Part shown: positions 19,843 through 29,379 of the stretch, in pieces
Position numbering within the stretch: position 1 is the stretch's first letter
Layout of the letters: the number at the start of each line of letters is the position of its first letter
NCBI GenBank assembly: GCA_051892575.1
Contig: JBJFGJ010000062.1
Coordinates: 1-53,804, forward strand
Length of the DNA stretch: 53,804 bases
Reading direction: 5' to 3'
DNA from: Alloprevotella sp.
GTDB taxonomy: Bacteria; Bacteroidota; Bacteroidia; Bacteroidales; Bacteroidaceae
Translations under genes and position numbers: made by a program
Notes under the pieces: generated by a model
What the model was told of the DNA's origin: nothing
Databases searched by the model: none
The model's input: only the letters and a program-made list of their open reading frames with translations

Positions 19843-20790
19843 CTAATTATCGGCGTCTTGGGCGTCTTGAAAAGCCTTGATGTTGCGGATGAGTCCATCA
19901 AATCCTGCTCTCTTGACGGCGCTGCCTTTAAAGAGGCGGCGATAAGTGTCGATGTTGAGGTTTGGCCAATCAGACGGAGTCATTTGCTGAAGTTCGGGTT
20001 TGGGCCGGAAGTCTTCTTCTTTGGTAGGTTGGGCAAAGCGGTTCCATGGACAGACCTCAGCACAACGGTCGCAACCGTAAAAGCAACTGCCCATTTTTGA
20101 GCCTGTGTCGGAGGGCAGTTCGCCGCGATGTTCGATGGTGAGATATGACAGGCAGCGCCGGGCATCGAGTGTGCCGTCACCCATCAGTGCCCCTGTTGGG
20201 CAGGCGTCTATGCAGCGGCGGCAACGGCCACAGTGAGCGGTGGTGGGTTGGTCGTAGTGGTCGGCCGGATGGATGAGCACGAGTTCGCCAAGAAAAAAGT
20301 AGGTGCCGGCACCAGGGATGATGAACTGGCCTGACCGTCCGGGCCAGCCGAGGCCACACTGACGGGCCCAATAGCGCTCGTCGATGGGGGCGGTGTCGCA
20401 AAAGACCCGGCCGTCCACATAGTCTTGCAGACCGAGGGCGGCCATAAGGGCTTTCAGTCGCTCGCGCATCACGTCGTGATAGTCGCGACCGCGGGCATAT
20501 CGGGCCAGACTAACGGCACCGCCGGCTTCGTCGTCGGGCAGATAATAACCCAAGGCCACGGAGACTATCGTACGGGCTCCCTCTACCAACAGACAGGGAT
20601 TGAGGCGTTTCTCCAGATGGTTTTCAATCCAAGCCATATCGGCTTGATGTCCGCTTTTCAGCCAATCTTTGTAGCGTTGCGCATAGTCTGCATCGAGCGG
20701 CGCAGCCCGGGCTATGCCGGCAGCATAAAAGCCGAGGCGTTTGGCCTCGGCTTTTATCTGGTCTGAATGAAGCATGATGGAATTGTTCAT
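19843..20790 (-). CDS. queG: Epoxyqueuosine reductase
   Basis: ARYARGRDYH, DTAP..ER, CGRCRRCIDACPTGAL, DARRCLSYLTIE, GCDRCAEVCPWN. Confidence 0.93.
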   Translation of the reverse strand: MNNSIMLHSDQIKAEAKRLGFYAAGIARAAPLDADYAQRYKDWLKSGHQADMAWIENHLEKRLNPCLLVEGARTIVSVALGYYLPDDEAGGAVSLARYARGRDYHDVMRERLKALMAALGLQDYVDGRVFCDTAPIDERYWARQCGLGWPGRSGQFIIPGAGTYFFLGELVLIHPADHYDQPTTAHCGRCRRCIDACPTGALMGDGTLDARRCLSYLTIEHRGELPSDTGSKMGSCFYGCDRCAEVCPWNRFAQPTKEEDFRPKPELQQMTPSDWPNLNIDTYRRLFKGSAVKRAGFDGLIRNIKAFQDAQDADN

Positions 20791-20797
20791 ATTTTTT

Positions 20798-21409
20798 TCA
20801 ATCAAACACCTTGAAACTGTAGCCTTGCGACTGCAACCATTCGATGGCGCGTGGCAGGGCATAGAGCAGTTTGTCGTGGCTCTTGACGGAGTCGTGGAAG
20901 GTGATGATGCTGCCCGGCCGTGCATAGCGGCGAATGTTGAGCAAGACGTCGCGGCCGTTGAGCCGGGTGGAATAGTCGCGGGTGACAAGGTCCCACATCA
21001 CGATGCGGTAGCGCTGTTTGACCACGACATATTGCTCCCATTTCATCCATCCGTGTGGCGGTCTGAAGAGGTCTGTCTTGAGATAGACATTGGCTTTGTC
21101 TACGTTGCGCACGTAGCTGCTTATGCCGTGCCGTAGTCCGCCGATGTGATTGAAGGTGTGGTTGCCCAGCCTGTGGCCGCGAGCTTTGACCATTTTGAAC
21201 TCCTCGGGGTGTTTGCGGATGTTGTCTCCCACCATAAAGAAGGTGGCTTTGATGCCATAATGGTCGAGCACGTCAAGCACCCACGGCGTAACCTCGGGAA
21301 TGGGCCCGTCGTCGAAAGTGAGATAGACGGCCCGCTCTTTGGGATTCATACGCCATAGGGCATGGGGGTAGAGCCATCTGAGGAACTTGGCGGGCTGTTC
21401 GATAATCAT
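20798..21409 (-). CDS. Polysaccharide deacetylase (CE4/NodB-like)
   Basis: YLTFDDGP, GNHTFNH, FRPPHG, FHD. Confidence 0.92.
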   Translation of the reverse strand: MIIEQPAKFLRWLYPHALWRMNPKERAVYLTFDDGPIPEVTPWVLDVLDHYGIKATFFMVGDNIRKHPEEFKMVKARGHRLGNHTFNHIGGLRHGISSYVRNVDKANVYLKTDLFRPPHGWMKWEQYVVVKQRYRIVMWDLVTRDYSTRLNGRDVLLNIRRYARPGSIITFHDSVKSHDKLLYALPRAIEWLQSQGYSFKVFD

Positions 21410-21412
21410 GGC

Positions 21413-24400
21413 TTAGAAGTCGCCTTGACCGTAGTCTTCTCCGCCAAGGTCGAAGGCGGGGAGAGCAGACGGTTGATTATATTGTTGCTCAAGGTTGTTA
21501 TAAATGGCCTGCACGAGGCTCAGGGCTTCGGTTTGAGAGGCGAGGCGGTCGATTTTGCCCTGTGTGGCTTTGTCGAATTTGCCTTTTATTTCCACAATGC
21601 GGTAGAGCACAGAGAGCTTGCTGCGGAATTTGTCCATCATGTGGGCCTGACGGTCTTCGTTGAGCGTGCCGCCCCAGTTCAAGTAGTCATGGGCTTGTTT
21701 GAAGATGGCAAGGGCCACCCGGCCGGCTTCTTTGGTGTTGCCCACGCCAAGCCATGCCGTGACCACGTCGGTGTCGTAGTCGTCGTAGGGGATGTTTTCG
21801 GGCGGCAGCACCTGTTTGCACTTTTCGAGCGCTTTGCGGGCTTTGTCTGTCTTGCCTTCGGCCAGAAGCTGTTTGACAAGCAGGATGAACATGTTGCGAT
21901 GGGTGGAACACATACGCATGACGGTTTCGTCAAGATAAATGTTCTTGGCGGCCACGTTGCCATATTTGAAGCGGTTCATCATGTTGTCGTACATCTTTTC
22001 GCTATCGATGACCAGGCTGGGTCGGCCGTCGGCCGTACGGGCGTGGCAGAATGGCGTGAGGCGATAGGCCAAGCCTTCGAGCACGAGGTAGTCGCCCAAG
22101 CCGGCATAGTTGCTGTTGGTCAGGTCGCCTCCAAGCGTGACTGACATATAGATGGGCCGTTTCCAGTCGTTGCGAGCCACCATCTCATAGACCATCATCT
22201 GACTCTTGGTCACACTGTTGCCGAAGCGGATGGTGATGTAGTCGGGGATGCTGTCTTTGCCATTAGGCAGGGTGGTGCCTTGGGCTATGACGGCTTGCTT
22301 GTTGACGGGCACCACTACGGAGTCGGTCGGGATGACACCGGGTTGCCCCTTGGCTATGCGACCCCGCACATAGTGGTCGATGATGTATTTCAGGTCGTAG
22401 GTGTTGACGCCGGTGCGTTGTTTGATGGCGTCGAGTTCACTGCGCATCTCAGGCTTCACTTCAAAATAGTCGAAGCCTTTGCCACGATTGTCCACATATT
22501 CATAGCGGCTCCATGCGATGGGCAGCGGTGCTGACTCGTAGGCCTGACGTTTCATCTGGTCGGTATACCAGTCGGTCTGCAGATAACTGAGGTTGCAGAC
22601 ACGGGCATCCGTGCGTTTGCCTTCCACCTCTTGGGCATACCAAAGCGGGAAGGTGTCGTTGTCGCCGTTGGTGAAGATGATAGGCATATTGCCGTCGGGC
22701 AGGGTGTTGAGATAGTTGAGACCGAAATCGCGGCAGGCATAGCGGCCCGAGCGGTCGTGGTCGTCCCAAGTCTGGCTCACCATCTGTATGGGCACGAGCA
22801 GCGACAGTGCCGACACACCGACAGCCACAGGCATCGGTTTGTTTTTCACCAACTTGTTCATCCAGTCGCCCAATGCCATGGCACCCAGACCTATCCAGAT
22901 GGCAAAGGCGTAGAACGAGCCGGCATAGGCGTAGTCACGCTCTCGGGGCTGACTCGGCGTTTGGTTCAGATACATCACAATGGCCAGTCCGGTCATGAAG
23001 AAGAGGAAGAACACCACCCAGAATTGCTGGATGCCACGCTGTCCCTTGAAGGCTTGCCAGAAGAGGCCGAGCAGACCCAACAACAACGGCAGGCAATAAA
23101 ACGCGTTGTGTCCCTTGTTGTCTTTGAGGTCGTCGGGCAGTTTGCTTTGGTCGCCGAGCAGCCAATTATCAATAAACGAGAAACCTGTAATCCAGTTGCC
23201 GTTGTCGGGATTGCCGTGGCCCTGTATGTCGTTTTGTCGTCCGGCAAAGTTCCACATGAAGTAGCGCCAATACATGAAGTTCACCTGATAGGAGGTGAAG
23301 AAGCGGATGTTGTCCCATTGTGAGGGCATTTGTCCCTCACCGCTCATTTCTTCACCCGTAGAGGTGGTCCAGGTGGCATCGACGTCGTGCATGGAAATCT
23401 CACCCAACCATTGTTGATAGTGGCCGGAGTGGGCACCGGAGTGCATACGCGGGAACAGCATCTTCATGGCACCGGGATATTGCAAGCCGTCGTTGGTTTC
23501 CATATAGTCGTAGCGGTCGGGCTCGTTGGGATTTTGCTTTTCGTGGCGCACCATGGCCTCCGACTTGTTGACCATATACATATACATCGTTTGGCCTGTC
23601 TCTTCGTTAACCACCGGTTCGTAGCACGGTGTTGACGAAAAGGCCGGACCGTAGAAGAGCGGTGTGTCGCCATATTGCTCACGGCTCAGGTAAGTGCCGA
23701 GAGAGAAGATGTCTTCGGGTGAATTCTGGTCCATCGGCGTGTTTTGCGTCGAACGGATTACGATGACGGCATACGACGAGTAGCCAATCATCAACATCAA
23801 CATACAGAGCAGTGAAGTGTTGAGAAAACGCTTGCGCAGCAGATACTGTCCGTTGTGGCGCAACGTCAAGAGCACGGGCAGGCCGGCGGTGAGCAGAAGA
23901 CCGATGACGATGGCCATCGTGCTGCGACCCATAAAGAAGGGGATGCCGAGCAGGAGTACCGACAGCGTGTACAACACCACAATGAGTGCACGCCTATTTT
24001 TCGTGGTGCTCCAAATGGCGGCAAGCACAATGGCAATCAGCAGGAGGATATAGATGACCAAACCCGTATTGAAACTCATACCCATCACGTTGACAAAGAA
24101 GAGTTCAAACCAGCCGCCCACTTTCACAATACCGGGCACCACGCCGTAAAGCACAGCTACTACGAGCAACATCGATATGCCAAGCGCACAGAGCGAACCC
24201 GACGTGTTGGCATGGGGCTTTTTCTTGAAATAATAGACCAGGGCAATGGCCGGCAGACACAGCAGGTTGAGCAGGTGGACACCGATGGAAAGGCCCGTGA
24301 GATAGAAAATCAACACCAGCCAGCGGTCGGAATGAGGCTCGTCGGCGTGGTCTTCCCATTTCAAGATGAGCCAGAACACCAAGGCGGTAAACATAGACGA

Positions 24401-24847
24401 GTAGCCATAGACCTCACCTTCGACGGCCGAGAACCAGAACGTGTCGCTCCACGTATAGGCCAAGGCTCCCGTCAGTCCGGCTCCCATAATGAGCACTGTC
24501 TGCCAGGTGGTGGTCACGATGCCGTCTTTGCAAAACAGCTTGCGGGCCAAATGGGTGATGGTCCAGAAGAGGAACAAGATGCAGAAGGCCGAGAGCAGTG
24601 CCGACATCACGTTGATGCAAACGGCAATGTGCTCAGGGTTGCTGGTGAAAAGCGTGAAGAAGTTGCCCGTCAGCATAAAGAAAGGTGCGCCGGGCGGGTG
24701 ACCCACTTCCAGCTTTGAGGCAGTAGTGATGAATTCGGGACAATCCCAAAAGCTTGCCGTAGGCTCCACGGTCAGGCAGTAGGTGGTTGCTGCGATGACG
24801 AAGGCCAGCCAGCCAAAGATGTTGTTAATGAGTTTATACTGTTTCAT
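21413..24847 (-). CDS. DUF2723 / TMEM260-like GT-C membrane glycosyltransferase
   Basis: SFWDCPEFI, HPPGAP, FWFSAVEGEVY, RERDYAY, GDNDTFPLWY. Confidence 0.85.
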   Translation of the reverse strand: MKQYKLINNIFGWLAFVIAATTYCLTVEPTASFWDCPEFITTASKLEVGHPPGAPFFMLTGNFFTLFTSNPEHIAVCINVMSALLSAFCILFLFWTITHLARKLFCKDGIVTTTWQTVLIMGAGLTGALAYTWSDTFWFSAVEGEVYGYSSMFTALVFWLILKWEDHADEPHSDRWLVLIFYLTGLSIGVHLLNLLCLPAIALVYYFKKKPHANTSGSLCALGISMLLVVAVLYGVVPGIVKVGGWFELFFVNVMGMSFNTGLVIYILLLIAIVLAAIWSTTKNRRALIVVLYTLSVLLLGIPFFMGRSTMAIVIGLLLTAGLPVLLTLRHNGQYLLRKRFLNTSLLCMLMLMIGYSSYAVIVIRSTQNTPMDQNSPEDIFSLGTYLSREQYGDTPLFYGPAFSSTPCYEPVVNEETGQTMYMYMVNKSEAMVRHEKQNPNEPDRYDYMETNDGLQYPGAMKMLFPRMHSGAHSGHYQQWLGEISMHDVDATWTTSTGEEMSGEGQMPSQWDNIRFFTSYQVNFMYWRYFMWNFAGRQNDIQGHGNPDNGNWITGFSFIDNWLLGDQSKLPDDLKDNKGHNAFYCLPLLLGLLGLFWQAFKGQRGIQQFWVVFFLFFMTGLAIVMYLNQTPSQPRERDYAYAGSFYAFAIWIGLGAMALGDWMNKLVKNKPMPVAVGVSALSLLVPIQMVSQTWDDHDRSGRYACRDFGLNYLNTLPDGNMPIIFTNGDNDTFPLWYAQEVEGKRTDARVCNLSYLQTDWYTDQMKRQAYESAPLPIAWSRYEYVDNRGKGFDYFEVKPEMRSELDAIKQRTGVNTYDLKYIIDHYVRGRIAKGQPGVIPTDSVVVPVNKQAVIAQGTTLPNGKDSIPDYITIRFGNSVTKSQMMVYEMVARNDWKRPIYMSVTLGGDLTNSNYAGLGDYLVLEGLAYRLTPFCHARTADGRPSLVIDSEKMYDNMMNRFKYGNVAAKNIYLDETVMRMCSTHRNMFILLVKQLLAEGKTDKARKALEKCKQVLPPENIPYDDYDTDVVTAWLGVGNTKEAGRVALAIFKQAHDYLNWGGTLNEDRQAHMMDKFRSKLSVLYRIVEIKGKFDKATQGKIDRLASQTEALSLVQAIYNNLEQQYNQPSALPAFDLGGEDYGQGDF

Positions 24848-25190
24848 GTAAGCAGGTTGAAACGACTTGTATTTAATGATTTGGCATCTTGTATGTGACG
24901 TGGCCACTGAAAGGTGTAAGTGGCTACGACCTGCAAAAGTAGGCATTTTTTTGTAGTCGGGTGGATTAAGCGCCTGATTTTGTGGTTTTGTCAGACAAAA
25001 GTCAACAAGTTCGGCGGGTCTATGAGCGAGGTGTGGCCGGTCATTTGCTTGTCGAGGCAAATATGGGCTGCATCCACTCACAGTCTTTCAGACTCTTGGT
25101 CTTCTTCGTGACAGTGTAAAAACTTATCTTTGCACCATCCGGCCTTAAGTGTCTGTCACTCCCGGCATCTTTCCCATATATTCTATAGGT

Positions 25191-26480
25191 ATGTCATCAG
25201 GACAATCTTTTTCCGGTTATCTCGTCGATGCATTTGAAGGTTTAGGCACCAGTTTTTCGGATGTGCAGATTATGAGCACCTCTGATGTCAACGTGGTGGC
25301 CCGGGCCAAGCGTTATGGTCGCTGGTGGATGCTCAAAGGCCTGCGGCTTGAAGTGGCTGACAGCCTAATCTATCAGGGGATGTTGCGCAAAGAGTTTGAA
25401 CTCCTAATGAGGCTCAACTATCCCGGCATCGTCCAGGTCGCCGGATTGGAACAGGTGGCCGAACTTGGGCTCTGCATTGTGATGGAATATATCGACGGGC
25501 AGACCCTCAGAGGCTGGCTTGATGGGACACCGTCTTTTGCAGAGCGCAAAAGAGTGGTGGGCGATCTGCTTGCAGCCGTGTCTTATGCGCATAGTTGCGG
25601 CGTGGTGCATCGCGACCTCAAGCCGTCCAATGTGCTTATCACCAACGACGGTGCTGTCTTGAAGTTGATTGATTTTGGTTTGGCCGATACAGACAGCCAT
25701 ACCATTCTGAAACAACCGGCCGGCACAAAAGGCTATATCTCGCCCGAGCAGGCCGTAACCTTCAAGGCGGATGTGCGCAACGATGTCTATAGCCTTGGCC
25801 TGCTGATTAATGACATATGCCCGGGCAGGTTGCTCAGAGGCGTGGTGCGTCGTTGTCTTGGCCCCATTTCCGGCCGCTATGCCAATGTCGGCGAATTGCG
25901 GCGGGCTGTAGATCGGGCTTTTGCCTTGCGTCGACTCTCTTCGGTGGGTGCTGTAGTCTTGTCGGTCTTCGCTGTGGTCTTCTTTGTGGGTTGGGCGTTG
26001 ATGACTCGGGGATATAATGACCGCACTCGCGAGATTGACTCTTTGCATCATCGTCTGGACTCGGCCGATGTACTCTTGCGCAATTACAAACGGCAAGCTG
26101 AGAGCCACACTTCACGTCTCACTCAAGAAATCGCTTTCTTGAGTGACAGTGTCAACCGCATAGCCGGTCGTGAAAACGCCACCATCAGCCGTCAACAACA
26201 AACAGACGCAGCTGTCACAAAAGGGTTACAACTCGTTGATAGTTTCTGGCAAGAGAAAATGGCTCCAATCGTGAAGGGTTCCAAGACCGTTTTCGACCTT
26301 ACCCAGGCGAGTGGCTTGTGGGAAGAATTGAACAAACAAGTGGGTCGTTATGTCGAAAGCGTAGCCAAGCGGTTGGGAGACACTACCGCTGCCGAGGTTA
26401 ATGGGGTGCTCTCACGCCGAATGGAAAAATACAGCCGGTTGTGGGTGGATAAATTGCATGAGATGCAGTCAGCACCGTGA
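25191..26480 (+). CDS. Hanks-type Ser/Thr protein kinase with TM and coiled-coil C-terminus
   Basis: VMEYIDG, HRDLKPSN, DFG, GTKGYISPE, DVYSLG; TATCTTTG promoter at 25125. Confidence 0.88.
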   Translation: MSSGQSFSGYLVDAFEGLGTSFSDVQIMSTSDVNVVARAKRYGRWWMLKGLRLEVADSLIYQGMLRKEFELLMRLNYPGIVQVAGLEQVAELGLCIVMEYIDGQTLRGWLDGTPSFAERKRVVGDLLAAVSYAHSCGVVHRDLKPSNVLITNDGAVLKLIDFGLADTDSHTILKQPAGTKGYISPEQAVTFKADVRNDVYSLGLLINDICPGRLLRGVVRRCLGPISGRYANVGELRRAVDRAFALRRLSSVGAVVLSVFAVVFFVGWALMTRGYNDRTREIDSLHHRLDSADVLLRNYKRQAESHTSRLTQEIAFLSDSVNRIAGRENATISRQQQTDAAVTKGLQLVDSFWQEKMAPIVKGSKTVFDLTQASGLWEELNKQVGRYVESVAKRLGDTTAAEVNGVLSRRMEKYSRLWVDKLHEMQSAP

Positions 26481-26606
26481 AGCCCCGTCATTGGCGGACA
26501 TTACAGTCTCTTAGACTTTTAGCCTCTTAATGCTGCAAGATACGAGCATTTTGTGTAATTTTGCACCATAAATATTTTATAGATCTACTACAACATCCCC
26601 ACACTT

Positions 26607-28400
26607 TTGAAAACATTTGAAGAATTGGGCGTGTCTGAAAACATTCGACGCGCCATAGCCGAAATGGGCTATGAAAATCCCATGCCTGTGCAGGAGGAGG
26701 TTATTCCTTATCTCCTCGGTGTCGGTAACGACGTGATTGCTTTGGCCCAGACCGGTACGGGCAAGACGGCAGCCTACGGTCTTCCCGTATTGCAGAAGGT
26801 TGACCCGACCGACCATCACACACAGGCCATCATCCTCAGCCCCACACGCGAACTCTGTCTGCAAATTGCCGGCGACCTCAAAGACTATGCCCGCTACATT
26901 GACGGCCTTCAGGTCTTGGCTGTCTATGGCGGTTCGAGCATCGAGAGCCAAATACGCAGTCTGCGCAAAGGCGTACAGGTCATCGTGGCCACACCGGGCC
27001 GACTCATCGACTTGATGCATCGCGGCGTGGCCAAACTCGACAACGTGGAAAACGTGGTGCTCGACGAGGCCGACGAAATGCTTAATATGGGCTTCACCGA
27101 AAGCATAGACGAAATCCTTGCCGGAGTGCCGGCCGAGCGCAACACGCTGCTGTTCTCTGCCACTATGGGCAAAGAAATTGAGCGCATTGCCAAGAGCTAT
27201 CTGCACGACTATAAAGAGATTGTGGTGGGCTCGCGCAATGAGGGCGCCGAGAGTGTCAACCATATCTATTATCTCGTACATGCCAAAGACAAATATCCGG
27301 CTCTCAAGCGTGTGGTAGACTATTACCCCAATATTTATGCCATCATCTTCTGCCGCACACGCCTCGAGACTCAAGAGGTGGCCGACCAGCTCATTCGCGA
27401 CGGCTACAACGCCGAAGCGCTCCACGGCGACCTCTCACAGGCTCAGCGCGACCTCACTATGCAGAAGTTCCGCACCCATCGCACCCAGCTGCTCATCGCC
27501 ACCGACGTGGCAGCCCGTGGTCTTGATGTCGACGAGCTCACCCACGTCATCAACTATGGTCTGCCCGAAGATGTGGAGAACTATACCCACCGCTCAGGCC
27601 GTACGGGTCGTGCCGGTCGTCGTGGCACGAGCATCTCCATCATCCATATGCGTGAAAAGGGCCGTGTGCGCATCATCGAGAAAGTCATCGGCAAGCAATT
27701 TGAAGTGGGCACACTGCCCGAGCCTCAGGAGATTTGCACCAAACAGCTCTATCGCGTCATGGACGAGCTCGAGCGCATTGAGGTCGACGACAATCAGATT
27801 GCACCCTTCCTCCCTGAGATTTTCCGCAAACTCGATTGGCTCACCAAAGAAGACCTCATCAAACGCATCGTCAGCCGAGAGTTTGGTCATTTCCTCGACT
27901 ATTATGCCAACGCGCCCGAAATCGTTCAGCCACAAGGCGGCAAGAAGGAGAGAGAAGATCGCAAATCGTCCGGTCGTCAGTCCGGCCGTGGCAAAGACCG
28001 CGTCTCCGGACCTCGTGCCGCCGAACCGGGCTATAAGCGTTTGTTTATCAATCTGGGCAAACGCGACAATTTTTATGCCCGCGAAATCATCAATCTCGTC
28101 AACCGCTATGTCAAGGGCAAAGTGCAGATTGGCCGTATAGATCTCACCACCAACTGCTCATTCTTTGAAGTGCCCGAGGGCTCGGCCGGCCTTGTACTCA
28201 AAAAGATGTCGAAGGCCATGGTGGGCAATCGTCAGGTTGTTGTCGACGATGCCGACCGCACAGGTGACCGGCCGGCACGTCGTGCTTCACGTCGTGACAA
28301 AGGCGAAGACCGCCGGTCCTCTCGCCATGCAGCCGCCGAGAAAGCTTCGGGTGGCCGCCGCAAATATGGCAAAGACGATTGGAAACAGTTTTTTGAATAA
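26607..28400 (+). CDS. DEAD-box RNA helicase with DbpA RNA-binding domain (DeaD/CsdA-like)
   Basis: AQTGTGKT, PTREL, DEADEM, SAT, HRSGRTGRAG; TTG start. Confidence 0.93.
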   Translation: MKTFEELGVSENIRRAIAEMGYENPMPVQEEVIPYLLGVGNDVIALAQTGTGKTAAYGLPVLQKVDPTDHHTQAIILSPTRELCLQIAGDLKDYARYIDGLQVLAVYGGSSIESQIRSLRKGVQVIVATPGRLIDLMHRGVAKLDNVENVVLDEADEMLNMGFTESIDEILAGVPAERNTLLFSATMGKEIERIAKSYLHDYKEIVVGSRNEGAESVNHIYYLVHAKDKYPALKRVVDYYPNIYAIIFCRTRLETQEVADQLIRDGYNAEALHGDLSQAQRDLTMQKFRTHRTQLLIATDVAARGLDVDELTHVINYGLPEDVENYTHRSGRTGRAGRRGTSISIIHMREKGRVRIIEKVIGKQFEVGTLPEPQEICTKQLYRVMDELERIEVDDNQIAPFLPEIFRKLDWLTKEDLIKRIVSREFGHFLDYYANAPEIVQPQGGKKEREDRKSSGRQSGRGKDRVSGPRAAEPGYKRLFINLGKRDNFYAREIINLVNRYVKGKVQIGRIDLTTNCSFFEVPEGSAGLVLKKMSKAMVGNRQVVVDDADRTGDRPARRASRRDKGEDRRSSRHAAAEKASGGRRKYGKDDWKQFFE

Positions 28401-28414
28401 TCCTCCTACACACT

Positions 28415-29074
28415 ATGAACATTAAGTCACTCTTGTTTGTGCTTTGCCTGTTGACCGTGCCTGCCTCGGCCCAGCATTTGCAGCTCAAGGCCGGTGGCGG
28501 TTTGGCCACCCAATATGGCTCCGCCCGCAGCGTCGGCGCCTATCGTTTTGGCGTGGGCTACGAAATGGAGCTCGACCAGCATTGGAGCGTTTCGCCGGCG
28601 TTGATGTTTTATGGCAAAGGCTGGAAATCGCCCGATGCCTGGGTGCCCGTCTTGGACGATGGCGGTTTGCCCGTCTTGGACGAAGAAGGCAACCAGACTT
28701 ACAGTCTGATGAGCCGCTCTGTGGCTGCCGGTTATCTTGAGCTACCGTTGCTCGTCAACTACTACCACCGTCTGGCCGCCCAGCGTTATTTGGTCTTTTC
28801 GGCCGGCCCGTATGTGGCCTATGGCCTGTCGGGCAAGGTCAAGACTAAGGGCGACGCCCGCCGTCAGGGCAGTGAGAAACTGTTTTATGAAGACAATACC
28901 TTCGACCTCGACGAGGCCCGCCGTTTTGACGCCGGCGTTCAGGTGGCGGCCGGCTATCAGTTTCCGTCTAAAATTACGCTTTCGCTCGAAGCCGACTTCG
29001 GCTTGATGCGGTTTGCTCCCGGTGGAGGCCGCAACCTCTCGGCTTTGGTCGGACTCACTTATACGTTTGATTGA
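28415..29074 (+). CDS. Outer-membrane beta-barrel (porin/PorT-like family) protein
   Basis: Signal peptide, YLELPLL, AGPYVAYGLSGK, RFDAG, terminal YTF. Confidence 0.8.
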   Translation: MNIKSLLFVLCLLTVPASAQHLQLKAGGGLATQYGSARSVGAYRFGVGYEMELDQHWSVSPALMFYGKGWKSPDAWVPVLDDGGLPVLDEEGNQTYSLMSRSVAAGYLELPLLVNYYHRLAAQRYLVFSAGPYVAYGLSGKVKTKGDARRQGSEKLFYEDNTFDLDEARRFDAGVQVAAGYQFPSKITLSLEADFGLMRFAPGGGRNLSALVGLTYTFD

Positions 29075-29094
29075 CACGAGCTTGACTTCTCAAA

Positions 29095-29114
29095 AATACC
29101 CAACTTTTGGTATT
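29095..29114. promoter_or_regulatory. Palindromic operator candidate
   Basis: AATACC-N8-GGTATT, 21 nt upstream of TACCTTTG (29136). Confidence 0.55.
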
Positions 29115-29148
29115 GTTTCTCCTGCACGCTCTCCCTACCTTTGCAGCA

Positions 29149-29238
29149 GAAACAAAGAGATGTTTTAAGTTTGAATTTTTATAGAATGTTATGTCCATGT
29201 CGCAATGGCCGTTCCACTGTGGAGCGGCCATTGTCTTT
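29149..29238 (+). ncRNA. Candidate intergenic sRNA (~90 nt)
   Basis: TACCTTTG promoter at 29136-29143, AU-rich body, GC hairpin 29203-29233 plus TCTTT, no convincing ORF. Confidence 0.5.
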
Positions 29239-29272
29239 GCCTTCCAACTACGCAAAACAAAAGGTCGCAGAT

Positions 29273-29366
29273 ACTCTGCAACCTTGCACAATATGATTGT
29301 AAATGCCTTGTGATGAATTTGTTTCGTGATGTAGAGTTGACGAAACGAACTCTGCACAACTCTGCA
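29273..29366 (-). repeat. Five-motif TGCAGAGT element
   Basis: ACTCTGCA at 29273, ACCTTGCA at 29281, inverted TGTAGAGT at 29330, ACTCTGCA at 29349 and 29359. Confidence 0.6.
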
Positions 29367-29379
29367 ATTCCTGCACGGT

